This document shows positions 14,036 through 29,988 of a stretch of 64,000 nucleotides of DNA, piece after piece. Under the pieces are notes generated by a model, which searched no databases, was not told the origin of the DNA, and saw nothing but the letters and a program-made list of their open reading frames with translations. Within the stretch, counting starts at the first letter, position 1. Each line of letters begins with the position of its first letter. The DNA lies in contig CM022677.1 of NCBI GenBank assembly GCA_012295275.1, forward strand, positions 17,112,001-17,176,000. Reading direction: 5' to 3'. This stretch comes from Chrysomallon squamiferum (lineage: Eukaryota > Animalia > Mollusca). A program made the translations under genes and the position numbers.

Positions 14036-15074
14036 CTGGTCATCAAGAAGCTCCACTGATACACTGATTTGTGAATAAAAAGCCCGTCGCAAGCAGCAGT
14101 CTAATGGTAGCAAGCGTATCGATCGAGCGGAGCCAGTTGATTAGGTTTAGAGTTGTCTCCCATTAGTTGTCGTTCTGATTCGGGTTCGATATTCGCTGCT
14201 TCTTGGGACATTAACTCTCGCGGTTAAAACTGGTGGGTTTTCTTCACTAGTGTAATTACAGTCTCTGTGTCTTTGGCGAAGAGTAAATATGATTGTAATT
14301 TCGCAGGATAATGGGTTTCGTTGTTTAGGCCCCACATTTGTTTGGGCCATTCATTTTGTTACTCGCTTACAGAATAGATGTTTATAACTCCCAGTTTGAC
14401 AGCGCAACCGTGAAGAGAGAGTTTCTCGAAACTTGAGTTTGACTTGAGGAATAAAAGAGTTTTTTTTTTTTTTTTTTTAAATGGCATTTTGTGAAAATGA
14501 AACGCGTAATTTAATAAAGAAATTAGTGAAGATTATGTACCAATACAAAACAATTTTTGAAAAAAAAAAGAAAATAATTTTAATGATGATGTATATTGGA
14601 ACAAGCATACTGAAGAAAATAATAGGAAATAATTAAGGAAGAATTTTTGCTGCTTCCAAACGGGACCTATAACATTTTAAATTTCAGAATAACACAAAAT
14701 AGTGGCTTAGTATTGCCTATAATATAGTAACACAGAATAATATGTGTACAAATGACACACACACTGAAACATACTGAAATACTTATTTTTCTTCTCTTTC
14801 TTACATTATAAGTTAGCTATTACAAAATGAAATAATAAACTTTAACAGTAGCAGTAGTAGTAGTAGTAGTAATAGAAGTAATAGCAGAGACAGGAATAGG
14901 TGTATTAGTAGTAGTTGTTGTTATAGTAGTATTGCAGCAACAGTGGTACTGACAGTAATACAACTGAAGCAGTAGTTGTAGCTGTATTAGTAGTATAAGT
15001 AGGCATGCCAGTATTAGCAAAAGCAGTGCTGCTAATACTGATGTCTTAGAAGATATAACAGTTATATCAACGAT

Positions 15075-15390
15075 AGTGTAGTAGTAGTAGGTGCAGTTGC
15101 ACTAGTGGTGGTAGCAGTAGTAATAATAGAGGTAAGGTAATATAGCAACAGTAGTACCATTGTAGTAGTAGTAGCAGCAGCAGCAGCAGTAGTAGTAATA
15201 ATAATAGTAGTATAGTAGTAGTAGCAGCAGCAGTAGTAGTAGTATTAGCAGTAGTAGTAACAGCAGCAACAATAATAGTAGTAGTAGTAGCAGCAGTAGT
15301 AGTAGTAGCAGTAATAGCAGTAGTAGTAGTAGTAGTAGTAGCAGTAGTAGTAGTAGTAGTAGCAGCATCAGCAGCAGCAGTAGCAGTAGC

Positions 15391-15427
<37 letters not shown>

Positions 15428-15430
15428 ATA
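15075..15430. repeat. (TAG)n/(CAG)n tract
   Basis: Directly visible. Confidence 0.9.
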
Positions 15431-16098
15431 GAAGGAGTAAAGCAGCAACAGAAGTAGACGTGGTAAAGTAATAAAGAAAGAAATAAGTGTATCTGTTTCT
15501 ATTATTACTACTTTTATTTAACTTAAATTTCCATTTCTCTTTTTTTTCTTCTTCTTCTTTTTTTTTTTCTTCTTCTTCTTCTTATTTGTGTTTATTGGTT
15601 TCCTCTTGTTTCTATTTTTTTTTTCTTTAGTTGTTTTTACTTTTTTCTGTTTTTTTCCAGCACTGTAAAGCACAATAACTCTTAAAAACTTTGTGTTCAA
15701 GACACACACGTCATGTTACTTTATGTGAAACTCAGGAAACACTGAGAGGACTAACATCAGACGTTCTACTTCTGTCAAACAAAGGATCGTTCTGTGTTAG
15801 AGCAGTATTATTTTCAATGACATTGTCTTTCTACAATCGTGTGCCAAGGGTATTTTAAGATGACAGAAAAATGCGGATTTTACTTTGCATGTTATATCAA
15901 AGTAGACGTCGTTGTGTAATGATGATGAAGTGATGGTGGTAGTAGCAGCAGCAGTAGCAGTAGTAGCATAGTAGAATAGTAATAGCAGTAGTGAAATCAA
16001 TAGCGTAGTAGAGTATTAGTATTAGTAGTAGAAATATATAATACTATAGTAGTATCAGGGCATTTGTAATAGTAGTACTATTTACTACTACAACTACA

Positions 16099-16184
<86 letters not shown>

Positions 16185-16922
16185 GACATTCTACTAGAGA
16201 GAGGACTTGTATATAGTCGTTACAGTTCTGGTTGTGAGAACAAAGAAAAGAATATTAAATTCGAAATCTAGGCCAACTGAATAACGTACATTAATATGAA
16301 CTGCAAACCGCAATGGACATGTTTTTATTTGTGCAAATAACTAACAAGACTGAGTAATCCTCCACGTAACGCTTCATGCAGGAGTAAAAAGTAATGGGCT
16401 TTCCAAAATCGATACTAGCTACATCCACTGGTTTTAATATAAAATAAAAATACTTTAAAAATGTAGATCTTAAATTAATCCCTGTAATCAGAAATAAAAT
16501 CATAGAATATAAAAGAATACAGACAAATTCATGTTCACTTTTATTTTGAAATTTCATTTTGAATACTGCGAATAATTAACGTGAGCATAAGGGGCCGTAA
16601 CTCCTACGTGTTTTAATTCAGTTAAATAAACTGGATTTGTCCCCCTTGAATACTCAAGTCGAAACTAACAACGTCTAAGATAAAGAAAAGAATTTTCAAT
16701 AAATTCATTTAATAAATCAACGAACGTTACCACAGATACATGGAATTGTTCCACTGAGAATAATCAGTGTACTTTTGCTTTCTTTAGTTATTCGAAACGT
16801 ATCTTATTTAATATAACCTGAACATATAAACAAATATTAACAGACACACAAACAGACAAATACAGATGCGCACACAGACACAACACAGAGAAACAAGGCC
16901 AGACATACAAATATATATATTG

Positions 16923-16966
<44 letters not shown>

Positions 16967-17159
16967 TATACAAAAACACAAAGATACACATAAAAATGCA
17001 CGCACACAAAAACACACGCACGACAAAAATAAAATTCACACACACATATACATACAAATTTAAAACACACACAAACGCACACACACACTACACATCCATA
17101 GCGAGATTCATTCACATACAAAAAGTGATACATACATACAAAAAGTGATACATACACAC

Positions 17160-17510
<351 letters not shown>

Positions 17511-17980
17511 GTCTCTAACTACATTTTTTTCCTTTGCTAACAAAATTGATGTCTGTTTAACCTGCTTAGCTGCGGACTTGATAAAATGTGAATATTTTCA
17601 AGACTTTACTGATACATACTCTTGGTCCTTGTTGATATTCTCCAACTGTTCAAACTGACAGTCATAAAATATGCTTGTGTTTGAGGAAAGTAAACATTAA
17701 CGAAATTACAAAATGTTATTTATGATTACATTATCAGAATGTTAAGTGAAGACAATTATCGTTGTAGACATTCCTCGAAAATTTGTGAATGTTCGAGTTT
17801 ATTGACTCTGTTTTATAGTTATTGTTGGTATGTTTAGTTTACATATAATTACAGTTTGTATATCATGTTAGCAATTTTCTCTATGCCTTTATTTTTTCCT
17901 CTGTTTCATCGTTTAATATATATATATATATATATATATAGACAGAGAGAGACAGAGAGATAGAGATATGATCTATCTTT

Positions 17981-18019
<39 letters not shown>

Positions 18020-18052
18020 CCTATCTACCTATAGATATAGATATATATATTG

Positions 18053-18130
<78 letters not shown>

Positions 18131-18648
18131 CCCCCCCTCGCCCCAAACACCTGTTAACATTTTCTCGTAACCACTATGAACAACGCTAATACAAATTATA
18201 GTAAATTAAACCAAACTGTTCCTAACATCAAAACACTCCAATAAAAACAACAACAACACACAGACAGACACGTGGACGAAAAACAAAGGAAAACAAAACA
18301 AATACAAAGTAACAGGGACTGATTATCTACACGTGTCTAATGTTGCTGGTGACTGCGTTTAACTGTTAACCCATAATTCACGTCTCGTTTCCGCTTGATT
18401 ACGTCACAAACTATCTGCACGTGCAGTAGTCAGACGCTGTTTATTGTAGCAAAAAAAAAAAAAAGTTGATTATTGTCGGCGCTTGATCTTATTTTAACTT
18501 GCTGGAAAACGTTTCAGTAGGAGTAAAATAATCACACGAAAAAAACAAATGTTATTTTTATTATATTTCGTTTTATTGTGGGGTTAGTTATGTTTGCGTG
18601 GAGGTACGGTTGTGTTGTTTGGGGGTGTCTGGATGGGTGTGTTTGAGG

Positions 18649-18750
<102 letters not shown>

Positions 18751-19620
18751 CAGTCAGTGATAGATTATGAGTGCATGCATTTGTGTATATTCACATTTGT
18801 GTCTGGTTATGTTTCTATGTAGCGTATACAGAGTCACTGAGATTTGAAAAATCTTCCATTCACTCAGAACCTTTCACTAATAAAGAAATTTCTTCATCTG
18901 GCTTACAACCCCAGACGTAGACAGACGTCAATTGACCACTTTTAAAATTAATCTTACTTAAAATATTCCGTCTGCCTCAGTGAAAAAAAAAAAAAAAAAA
19001 AAAAAAATCACACCAATTAACGAGTTCCCTTCATATCCCTCTCTACATCCAAGTAAATCTTTTTTTGTGGGCACAATCCTTCATCTCATATAAACTTTCT
19101 TACAAGATTTTTTTTTTTTTTTTTTTACAAGAATCGTCTGTATTAACAAAAATAACATTCCAGACGAAAAAAAAAAAATGTTTTAACCTTACTCGTTAGG
19201 CTTTAACTCTCATATAAACGTTCACGAAATCGACTGGGATTATTTTTCTTCTTTTTTAAAAAGACTTTAATTTTTGAACCTCAATCAGACGATTTTTTTT
19301 TTTTTTTTTTTTCTGAATGAGACGAGGCAGTTAAATTGAAAGAGAAGAAAGTCACAGAGCACTTGCTGAGATAAGAGAGAGACTGCGCGCGCTTCTTTCA
19401 AGCAGCAGATTAAAAGTGACACACGGTTAACCGCCAGTTTCATTGACGTGCGACTGTCTCGGATTCTACTCATCTCCGAGTTTAACAGTCTGCCGTACAG
19501 CAGACGAGATCCAGGGCGTGTGTGAATGCGTGCGTGTGTGGGGCTTTGTGTAATAGAGTTAAGTAATAGAGGGAGTGAGGGAGGGAGGGAGAGAGCGAAA
19601 GGGGAGGGGAGTGAGGGAGG

Positions 19621-19684
<64 letters not shown>

Positions 19685-19690
<6 letters not shown>

Positions 19691-19771
19691 ATACGTCGGA
19701 ATCATGTGATAGAGATAGGCAGACTGAATGAGAGACCGAGAGAGGCAAAAATAAAGAGAGAAAATGTGTCT

Positions 19772-19805
<34 letters not shown>

Positions 19806-19884
19806 GAGAGAAGCGAATACGTCGGTATTATGTGTTTATGTGATAGAGATAGGCAAACAGAAAGAGAGACCGAAAGAGGCAAAA

Positions 19885-19890
<6 letters not shown>
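19685..19890. repeat. Local direct duplication (about 70 bp core, 2 copies)
   Basis: GAATACGTCGG...ATGTGATAGAGATAGGCA.AC.GAA.GAGAGACCGA.AGAGGCAAAAATAA near 19690 and near 19816. Confidence 0.8.
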
Positions 19891-20826
<936 letters not shown>

Positions 20827-20927
20827 ATATTTGCAGGAAAGAACAGCCATCGGTATTAAGTAGCTGAATAAGGAAATATATAAAATATATAAGTAAAATT
20901 TAAAAAAAAAGCATTAACTAAGTACAA

Positions 20928-20953
20928 AAGTAAGTAAGTAAGTAAGTAAGTAA
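20928..20953. repeat. (AAGT)6 tract adjacent to the exon-2 donor
   Basis: AAGTAAGTAAGTAAGTAAGTAAGTAA; reads (ACUU)n in the pre-mRNA. Confidence 0.9.
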
Positions 20954-20965
20954 ACGGGTACTCAC

Positions 20966-21349
20966 TACCAATGTCCGAGCCCACTTTGTTCTGCAGAACC
21001 TTCTCGATGGAATGCTGAGGAAGCAGCAGGTGAAACTCGTAGCTCAGCTTCTTCTGCTTGCTGTAGTTCACCAACGACGACGTCGCCAGATAGCAGAACC
21101 TCGGCACGACGTTGTTGTGCGCGTCGCCCACGTATATGAGCAGCAGCCGCGTCCAGTTGTAGTAGCTGAGGATCGTGTGCACGGAGACTGCGAGGGTGTT
21201 GAACGTCATCCCCGTCCTGGTCAGAGTGGAGAACTCTTTCGTTTTGTCCTCGCCGAAGTCGTGCGCGAATCCACCCGGGGAGAGGACGGGTATGTTCCAG
21301 TACACGGCATACCTCGACACTGGGGCTAGGGAGTAGTCGCATACCGGCC
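20966..21349 (-). CDS. Second coding exon of the same NPR-like receptor (ANF-receptor ligand-binding domain); 384 nt, phase 1-1
   Basis: Acceptor TTCCAG| (AG at 21351-21350). Joining to the previous exon restores G+GG=Gly, giving FLGPVCDYSLAPVSRYAVYWNIPVLSPGGFAHDFGEDKTKEFSTLTRTG...YNWTRLLLIY...PRFCYLA...KVGSDIG. This matches the NPR-A/B/C pattern FLGPxCxYxxAPVxRxxxxWxxPxLTxG...E(Y/F)xxLTR. Donor A|GTGAGT (GT at 20965-20964). Strong GC3 bias; N-glycosylation sequons NWT and NYS. Whether the full gene has a cyclase domain or is NPR-C-like cannot be seen here. Confidence 0.95.
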
Positions 21350-21718
21350 CTGGAAGTTATTTTTCAGGGTGGGGTGGTGTTATTTGTGTTAGCCATGTGT
21401 TATATTACATTTATTAAACTTTTTTTAATTTTGTTTTTTTCTGTTCGTTGAGGGGTTTTTTTTGTATATAAAATGTTTGGTGAATCTGTTTAAGTTAGAA
21501 ATGTGTAATTATAGTTTATTATTTCTGAGAGAAAGACAAAAAGACAAAAAAGAATGGAAGAAAGAAGTAGAATGGAAAAAGAATGAAAGAAAGAATTTAA
21601 AAAAAAAGAAAGAAAGGATTTAAAAAGAGAAAAGAAAAATGGAAATATATATTTAAGAAAAAAAGACGATCGAACGAAATTTTCGACATCAAAAGTAATA
21701 ATAATAATAATAATAATC

Positions 21719-21766
<48 letters not shown>

Positions 21767-23529
21767 TAACAGGATAGGATAGGACAGAATACGTTAATCA
21801 ACATTTATTTGTCAACCTGTACTAAACCTGAAATCTCTCACACTCCTTTCACAAACTGATTATTTTCTGATATTATATATTATATAAATGTATGTATGTG
21901 TGTCTTTGGGTGATGGACAGATATGTGTGTTTCATTTATCTGTGTGTAAAATGATTTTAAAATGTGTTAAATGGTATGATATGAGTGTCTCAAATCCCTT
22001 GACAAATTAGACAATTAATCAAATAGATATAAAGAATAGAATAAATAGTGTGAACATATTGCTTTTCTAAGTATAGATGAAGTATTAATAGTCTAACAAG
22101 ATTATCTAAACCCTCCAGTTATTATTTAAATTTTAAGAGTTCCATATCGCTCAGAACAAAGATTCACAATAAAAAGTAATAATATTTTTATAATTACATG
22201 ACAACGTCATTTTATCCTTAACAGCTCTAATTGTGACGTCACCGGATTTGAACAATATGTGGTGACGTCATTATATATAAAATGGCGGCAAAGAGATATT
22301 CTTTAAATATACTTTTTTTGTTTTTGTACACACTAAAATAGAATAAAAATTAACTGGGAAAAGGCATCTAGTCTACTTTTTATTGTATTGTATTTTTTTG
22401 TATCACTGAAGGTAATTTTTCAAAAACCTTTTACGAAAATGCTCAGTGACTAACCATAAACGATCTATTATAGTTTCTTTACACCTTCAGTGCATCGTAT
22501 TTGCTTCGTACATATGGTTAAATACTGTTTTACTAATACATAAACGCCACCCTATTACACGAGTGCAAATATCTTTTGATTAACGAAGATATATAACATG
22601 AAAGCACCTTCCCATAAACCGAAAGGAAATTGACGTAAGAAAATTGACTGTACGGGTAAAGTGAGGTGAACTGAGACAAACTGACCCTTCGACCTTTAAG
22701 CTGGTTAGAGATATCTCAAACAGCAAAACAAGAAATCCCCAAATCGTTTTCTACATTCTTTATTCCAACGAAGAAAGATTTGTTTTGTTTTCTGTGCAAC
22801 GTTGGTCATTCTAAACAACATAAATCAGATAACAATATGATTATAATTGCACATAGCCTGTAGTAGAAGAAGTCAGTGTACTTCTTCTGTACGTATGTCA
22901 TTCATAACCACACTGTCCGTCTGTCCGTAACAAAAGATAACGAATCGTCAAAGCCATCTTGTTTTATCTCGCAAACAACACAGAGTAAATTACTTGAACA
23001 CGTGTTTAGGTTTCCGCTAACTTGGGATCTTGTGTTTTATCGCAGATTGAGACGCTACCAGGCTTTTTTTTTTTTTTTTTTCTTCTTTATTATTATTTAT
23101 TCTACGCGATATTAACTAAAACACGGCTTATCATCTTTTGCTTTTACCATACGTGAGTCGATTAATTTTTTTACACGGATATCAAGAGATAAGAAATTTA
23201 ATACCAAGTTCCAAAAACAGCTTTAATATTCATTTATCTCGTCTTTTCACTTTTCTCAACTTTTTTCTTTAGTTTTTTATTTTTTATTTTCTTTCTTTTT
23301 TCTCTTTAGAATTTTTTTTTTCTCCTTTATGTTTTATTCATTTTCTTATTATTATTATTTTAAACGGTTTTCAAGGACGGCTGATAAAAAGCTGATAAGA
23401 GGCGTGAAGAGTTATGAGATTATAAAACATAAACAAATTTAAACTAGAAAATAAACAGAAGTGCGAAGATTAGTTTCATTTCCAAAAGTAGGGAACAATT
23501 TTAAAAAAGAGAGGAAATAATAATGACTG

Positions 23530-24010
<481 letters not shown>

Positions 24011-24671
24011 TACCCTTCTATCTGTCTCTTTATCTTTCTTTCATTCAAACATACACATACACATACAGACAACACACACACACACAATCACTCTGCCTCT
24101 GTTTCTTTTTTTCTTTTTCTTAATCTATATTTTTGCCTCCTCACCGTTAAGAAGACTTAGATACAAAAACAGACACGGAAAAGTCCAAAGCAGATTCTTA
24201 GAAGGACTAAGTGTAAAACATAAGTTTCAAAACTGACTGATTATCTTATACACCTGTTAACACCCAGAAAAACTCTAATTTCAAAACAATCACATGCACG
24301 ATTTCAAAAGAAATGAAGTTCTTACATTTTGATACGCTATCAAACTAGTGGCATTAACTTTTTGTTCTCAGTATACTGAAGAATTAACCAAATCAGTTAA
24401 AACGCATAGTTGTCATTGTTTGTCGTTATCTCATATCTTAGAGTCCGAGGAATTCGGTTGCCACTTTTAAAGTGAATGTCACGCGACGACCTGTTCTGAT
24501 TGCTTGGACTTGCCGACCCTGTAAGGAACAACTCGTTATGTTTCTTAGAATGGAAGGTACTGCGTTCGAAACATGCGAGTGCTAGGAACTCTTTTAGTTT
24601 AAATACAGTGTTGATTTTAAATTTTTTATATTTAATTTTATTTATTTTATTTTATTTCATTTTTGTTTTTA

Positions 24672-24719
<48 letters not shown>

Positions 24720-25654
24720 TTGTTTTTAAATGTTGTTCATTTCGTTTTTTGTTTTATTGACAATGTTTATTCATAAATATAAAATACAAACCAGATACTT
24801 TTATATCTTTAAAATAATGATAACCAAATACGATATACATTCTTTCTCACTATCGGAATAAATTTCAAAAATTCATCTTTCAGCACCATTATTTATTTGT
24901 CATACTTATTCGTCTTTCGTTATTTCTTAGTTATTCCCGTAACTACCATTTTTCCATAAGTAATAACACACCGAATCTACAATTACTGCAACGATTAAAA
25001 AGTGCGGGTGCACTTCGAACGCGGGTTCGCGTACATCGTATCGTGTGACACCGCCTTTAAAAGAAATTTCTAATTATTCGATTTATCAAATGAGTCTTTA
25101 CAAGTCTGACTATCACAGAGACGAGCTACTAGCGACATTTTCGCTAAGTCGCGACTCAGTTTCTCCCTGTTAGTCGTAATGGAAATTAATCCGAGCCTGC
25201 GGTGGTACTGGAAGCGATGTCTGTGTCTAAGTGTCTAATATTGGACAGTCCCAGCAATACGAGCTCGGAATCTGCGGGGTGAGGTGATATTTTTGTGTGT
25301 TTTTTTCACAGTGAAAAGATTTGAGTTCGACGCGAGTGTAAAACTAAAACAGAAAATTAAAAAAGTTGTTGTGTGTGTTGAAGTGAAATTTTATACTTCG
25401 CGATGTGTTTGAATACGAAAGGAATTGATGTTGCGAGGTTTTGATGTACACTGAACTACCTGTGTGTATATCGTGTATGAGTGTGTTTGTGTGTGTGTGT
25501 CTGTGTGTGTATTTCTGTGTATACATAGATAGACAGACACACAGACAGACAGACAGACAGACAGATAGATAGAGAGATAGAGAGAGAGATAGAGAGATGG
25601 AGAGATAGATGGGTAGATAGATCATATATAAAGTATGACAAGAAGTTTATCTGG

Positions 25655-25718
<64 letters not shown>

Positions 25719-25858
25719 GTCTCTCTCTCTCTCTCTCTCTCAAATTATACTCTGTTTATTGTATCTATTCAGCTATTTCATTACAACAGCTCTTTCTGTC
25801 ATTCTGATGGTAATAAACAGTAAGAGCATAATCATACGTTTCTCAAGTACTTCAGTTG

Positions 25859-25945
<87 letters not shown>

Positions 25946-26367
25946 AGAAGAAGAAGAAGAAGAAAGAGGAGGAGGATAGTAATAAACCACAGAAAGCGAA
26001 ATGACATAAAAAAAAAAAAAGAAACACGTTTTTGACAAAAACCAAGATTTTCTGAACGTGTTACATTATCAGTAATCACTGCTTGTTTGGACAGTCGTTA
26101 TGTAATACCATAATTCCAGAAGAGAAAAAAAAATACATGTTTATTTTAAACAAAAACATTGATGCTTGTTACATCAGTTATTAGGAATATTATGGTAAAC
26201 AGAAGGAGTGATCGTCTGCTCGCTTCAGGCGCGCGGTAAACGAAATGGCTGTTATTACGAAGCCGTGCCGTTTACTCGACAGACTTCGATACGACACTTT
26301 CATTTCCTCCTCACCCAGATGTATTCATTACGTCTTTTGTGTCACAGTGACTGTCTCTCTCTCTCTC

Positions 26368-26458
<91 letters not shown>

Positions 26459-26487
26459 GTGTGTCTCTCTCTCTGTGTCTCTCTCTT

Positions 26488-26540
<53 letters not shown>

Positions 26541-26561
26541 CTCTCTCTCTGTCTCTCTCTA

Positions 26562-26624
<63 letters not shown>
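25655..26624. repeat. Alternating-orientation (TC)n / (GA)n / (TC)n tracts
   Basis: (TC)n at 25655-25741, (GA)n at 25862-25941 and (TC)n at 26354-26624. Confidence 0.9.
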
Positions 26625-26626
<2 letters not shown>

Positions 26627-29478
26627 ATAATATAAACATACATTCATATACATAAACGTAACTTCATATAACATACATTCATAAACATAAACGTAACTTC
26701 ACACACTATTATAAACACACGATATATATAACACACATACCTATATACATACATATAGCATACACACATACATATAGGCATACATAAATATATACACACA
26801 TACATACACATATTACATACATACAAACATATACATACATACATAAATACATATATATATATATATATGTGTGTGTGTCTGTGTGTAATTATATATATAG
26901 ACTGATAGATAAATATATACATGCATGCATACATACGTACAAACAACAAAATAAATTAATAAATAAATAAATAAAATAGAACAAAACAAATTGAAATTAT
27001 GTAGTATGAATATAAATGTAAATATTTAAAAAAAAAAAAATAATAATAATATGCGTAATAAAAATAATTGAATTTACTAAATATATTAAAACATCTATTG
27101 CGCATTTTAACTTCCATTCACTCTCTGCATACAACCATGACAGTATCTAATTACAGGACTACTTCAAACATTCCCAGTATAAATGTAAACACAAATCACA
27201 AATGTTTCTAATCGCCAACCATTCTACTGTCTCTTCAGTTTTACTTACGTTAACATTTATGAGCTGTTATCAATCTTACTCTCAAAAAAAAATAAAAAAT
27301 AAAATAAAATAAAAATTTGTAATATTTCAGAAAAAAAATTTGATAAAAAAAAAATTGATAAAAAAACACACATTTGATATGTACTATTATTGTGAACCAG
27401 TATTACTGTCAATAAAAATAAAAAAGTCTATATCAGAAGAAAAAAAAAAATAACGAATAAAAAAAATAACGAGAAAGAAAACAGAACAACTTCTACAGAC
27501 ATGTAGGTAGTTTAAAATGTCTTTGTTTGTAAGTTATCTCCTAGTAACACATTTCTAGTGAAGACATGATTTTAATAAATAATTTCAAATGATGCATCAA
27601 AGTTATTATTATTTTTGTTTTTAATTGTGTTTAAATAAAAGAGATGTAGTAGTAATTAGCTAATATTTTTAATATGAACAATAACGTTTTTGGTTGTTGT
27701 TTTTTTGGGGGGGTTTCATTTCTACAAATAATCGTTATATAATTTCGCAATTACTGTGTTTGTATTTTAATACATCGTTCTTATAAATATTTAAATGATA
27801 GAATTAAATTATAACCGTGCATAACAATATTTTCAATGATTTCTACAAAAATATATTATTGACGAATTCTTTTCTGTTTTTTTCCTATAATATTTTTATA
27901 ACAATATTTTTATAGACGCTGTAATTGACGTAATAGTTGTTCTGCAATGACGTCATTCATACTAAGATACTAATACAGGGTTATTAACACATATACACAC
28001 AAACAAACACAAACACACAAACAGTGTCATTATAAAATCATTATGCAAGTTTAAATTAGAATGAATGAACTGATGTGTTAAAAAAAAAAATTAAAGAGAA
28101 AAGAACTTTCGATTTTTAAACATATTTCGTTTATTGAGATCCTAATTTTTCACCAAGACCACCATCATTATGATATCAAAGAAAATTACTACAAAATGTA
28201 TTTCTAGAACTCATAACACGTGTCAGTATTTAAAATATCAAACACCACAAGCACTGTATAATCACCACGTAAAATTGTTCCATTCAAAAAAAAAAATTCC
28301 GGGATAAGAACTTATTATTACCACAAGAGACAGGAATAACATAGAAATTAAATCTATATTTCGTTATTACGTCCAGTGAAAAATGACCAGCACACCAATA
28401 AATCATCGTAAAGTCCACTTAAAATGATGACCACTGACTGCGTTGCTATTTTTGAACCTGCAGACATCTGTTATTTCCAGATTGTCTCGCAGTAACTGTA
28501 ATAGACTTAGTTTTGACATTTGTTTGGTTATTGTGTTATGTGCATTGTGATCAGTATGGCTTAGAATACGTCGTTGATCAGTGAATGTTATATAAATATA
28601 TACACTCACTCACACACGTTCACCAAGGTATTAAACACGCGCACAAATATATACACACACACACACATATATAAATACACATATATTCATCATGTTATAA
28701 ACACACGCCCATACATACATACACAAACATATTTACACCCATACAAATACAAACACACACACTTACTATAGAGTCCATAAGTTGACGTAACTGAAATTAA
28801 AAATTCATTTTCAAAGTAACAATTAATAGTCCTTTAAATATGTACAGAGAAATTATCTAAGAATAACACAGAACTGAAGGTAGACAGATTATCACTGACA
28901 ATTTCAGTACAAGTGTTTGTAACAAGCGCTACTAATAACTCTCTCGAATATCGCATATTTGGCGGTCGAGGAATTTTCAAGTACGTTCTCGTAATTTTGT
29001 TCAGACTAAAATACTTGACTACTTTGACCGCAACGTCGAAAACCTTATCTTACTTTAACTTTGCGTTATATATACATATATAGATATATATATATCAGCT
29101 ATTATCTGTTAATGCTGACATTTATTTGTATACACTTTAATAGTACATAACACTCTGTGGCTTAGTACGAATATCGTGTATTCTTTTTCGAAATATTTGG
29201 TTATGTTGAAATAACAAGTGTTTTGAAGCATGTGAAGACAGCTGAAAATATGAAGCTTGCCTTTTGGGTATGACTAGGCACGAGACAGTAAGATAAAGAG
29301 AGTGAAATATAATGTATATATATAATATATATACATACACACAAACACAAATGCACATACACACACACACACACACACTCACATATATATACACACTTAT
29401 ATACAGAAGATTTATATATCTTTATGTACACACTTTTACAAAAACTCAGACTCTTGTCAGAAACAGAGACACAATCAT

Positions 29479-29565
<87 letters not shown>

Positions 29566-29689
29566 CTACACTTCATAAAGTGTGTAATGGTTGTATGAAT
29601 ATTAAGCATAACAGAAAGATGTTTTGTTTTTTTCTACAACAGAAAGAAGGAATTAAAAAGAAATATATTTTATTTAATGACAGAAAGCA

Positions 29690-29940
29690 CCATTTTAATC
29701 TGAGGTTAATAAGGCTCATATTTTATTCAACGAAGAACTCATTATAGCAGCCTAGGTTATTATGCGTCATATTTTATTTTTACGAATTACTCTCAGTTTT
29801 ATTTAGCGTTATTACGGTCATATTTTACTTATCAAAGAACTCATAACAGGTACGTAATATTATTATGGGGTCGTATTTTAATTTAACGAATAATTTTCAG
29901 TTTTAATGTAGGGTTATTATGGGTTGAATTTATGGTTAAG
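29690..29940. repeat. Degenerate tandem repeat (about 50-60 bp unit, 4-5 copies)
   Basis: Recurring GGTTATTA.G.GTCATATTTTA.TT.ACGAA motif. Confidence 0.65.
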
Positions 29941-29955
29941 ATCAGTGCTGTTAAC

Positions 29956-29988
<33 letters not shown>

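Noticed and set aside
21012-21329. Plus-strand 105-aa ORF and alternative-frame minus ORF (20965-21342) overlapping exon 2
   Set aside because: Shadow ORFs expected from the high GC3 content of the real exon; no recognisable protein features.
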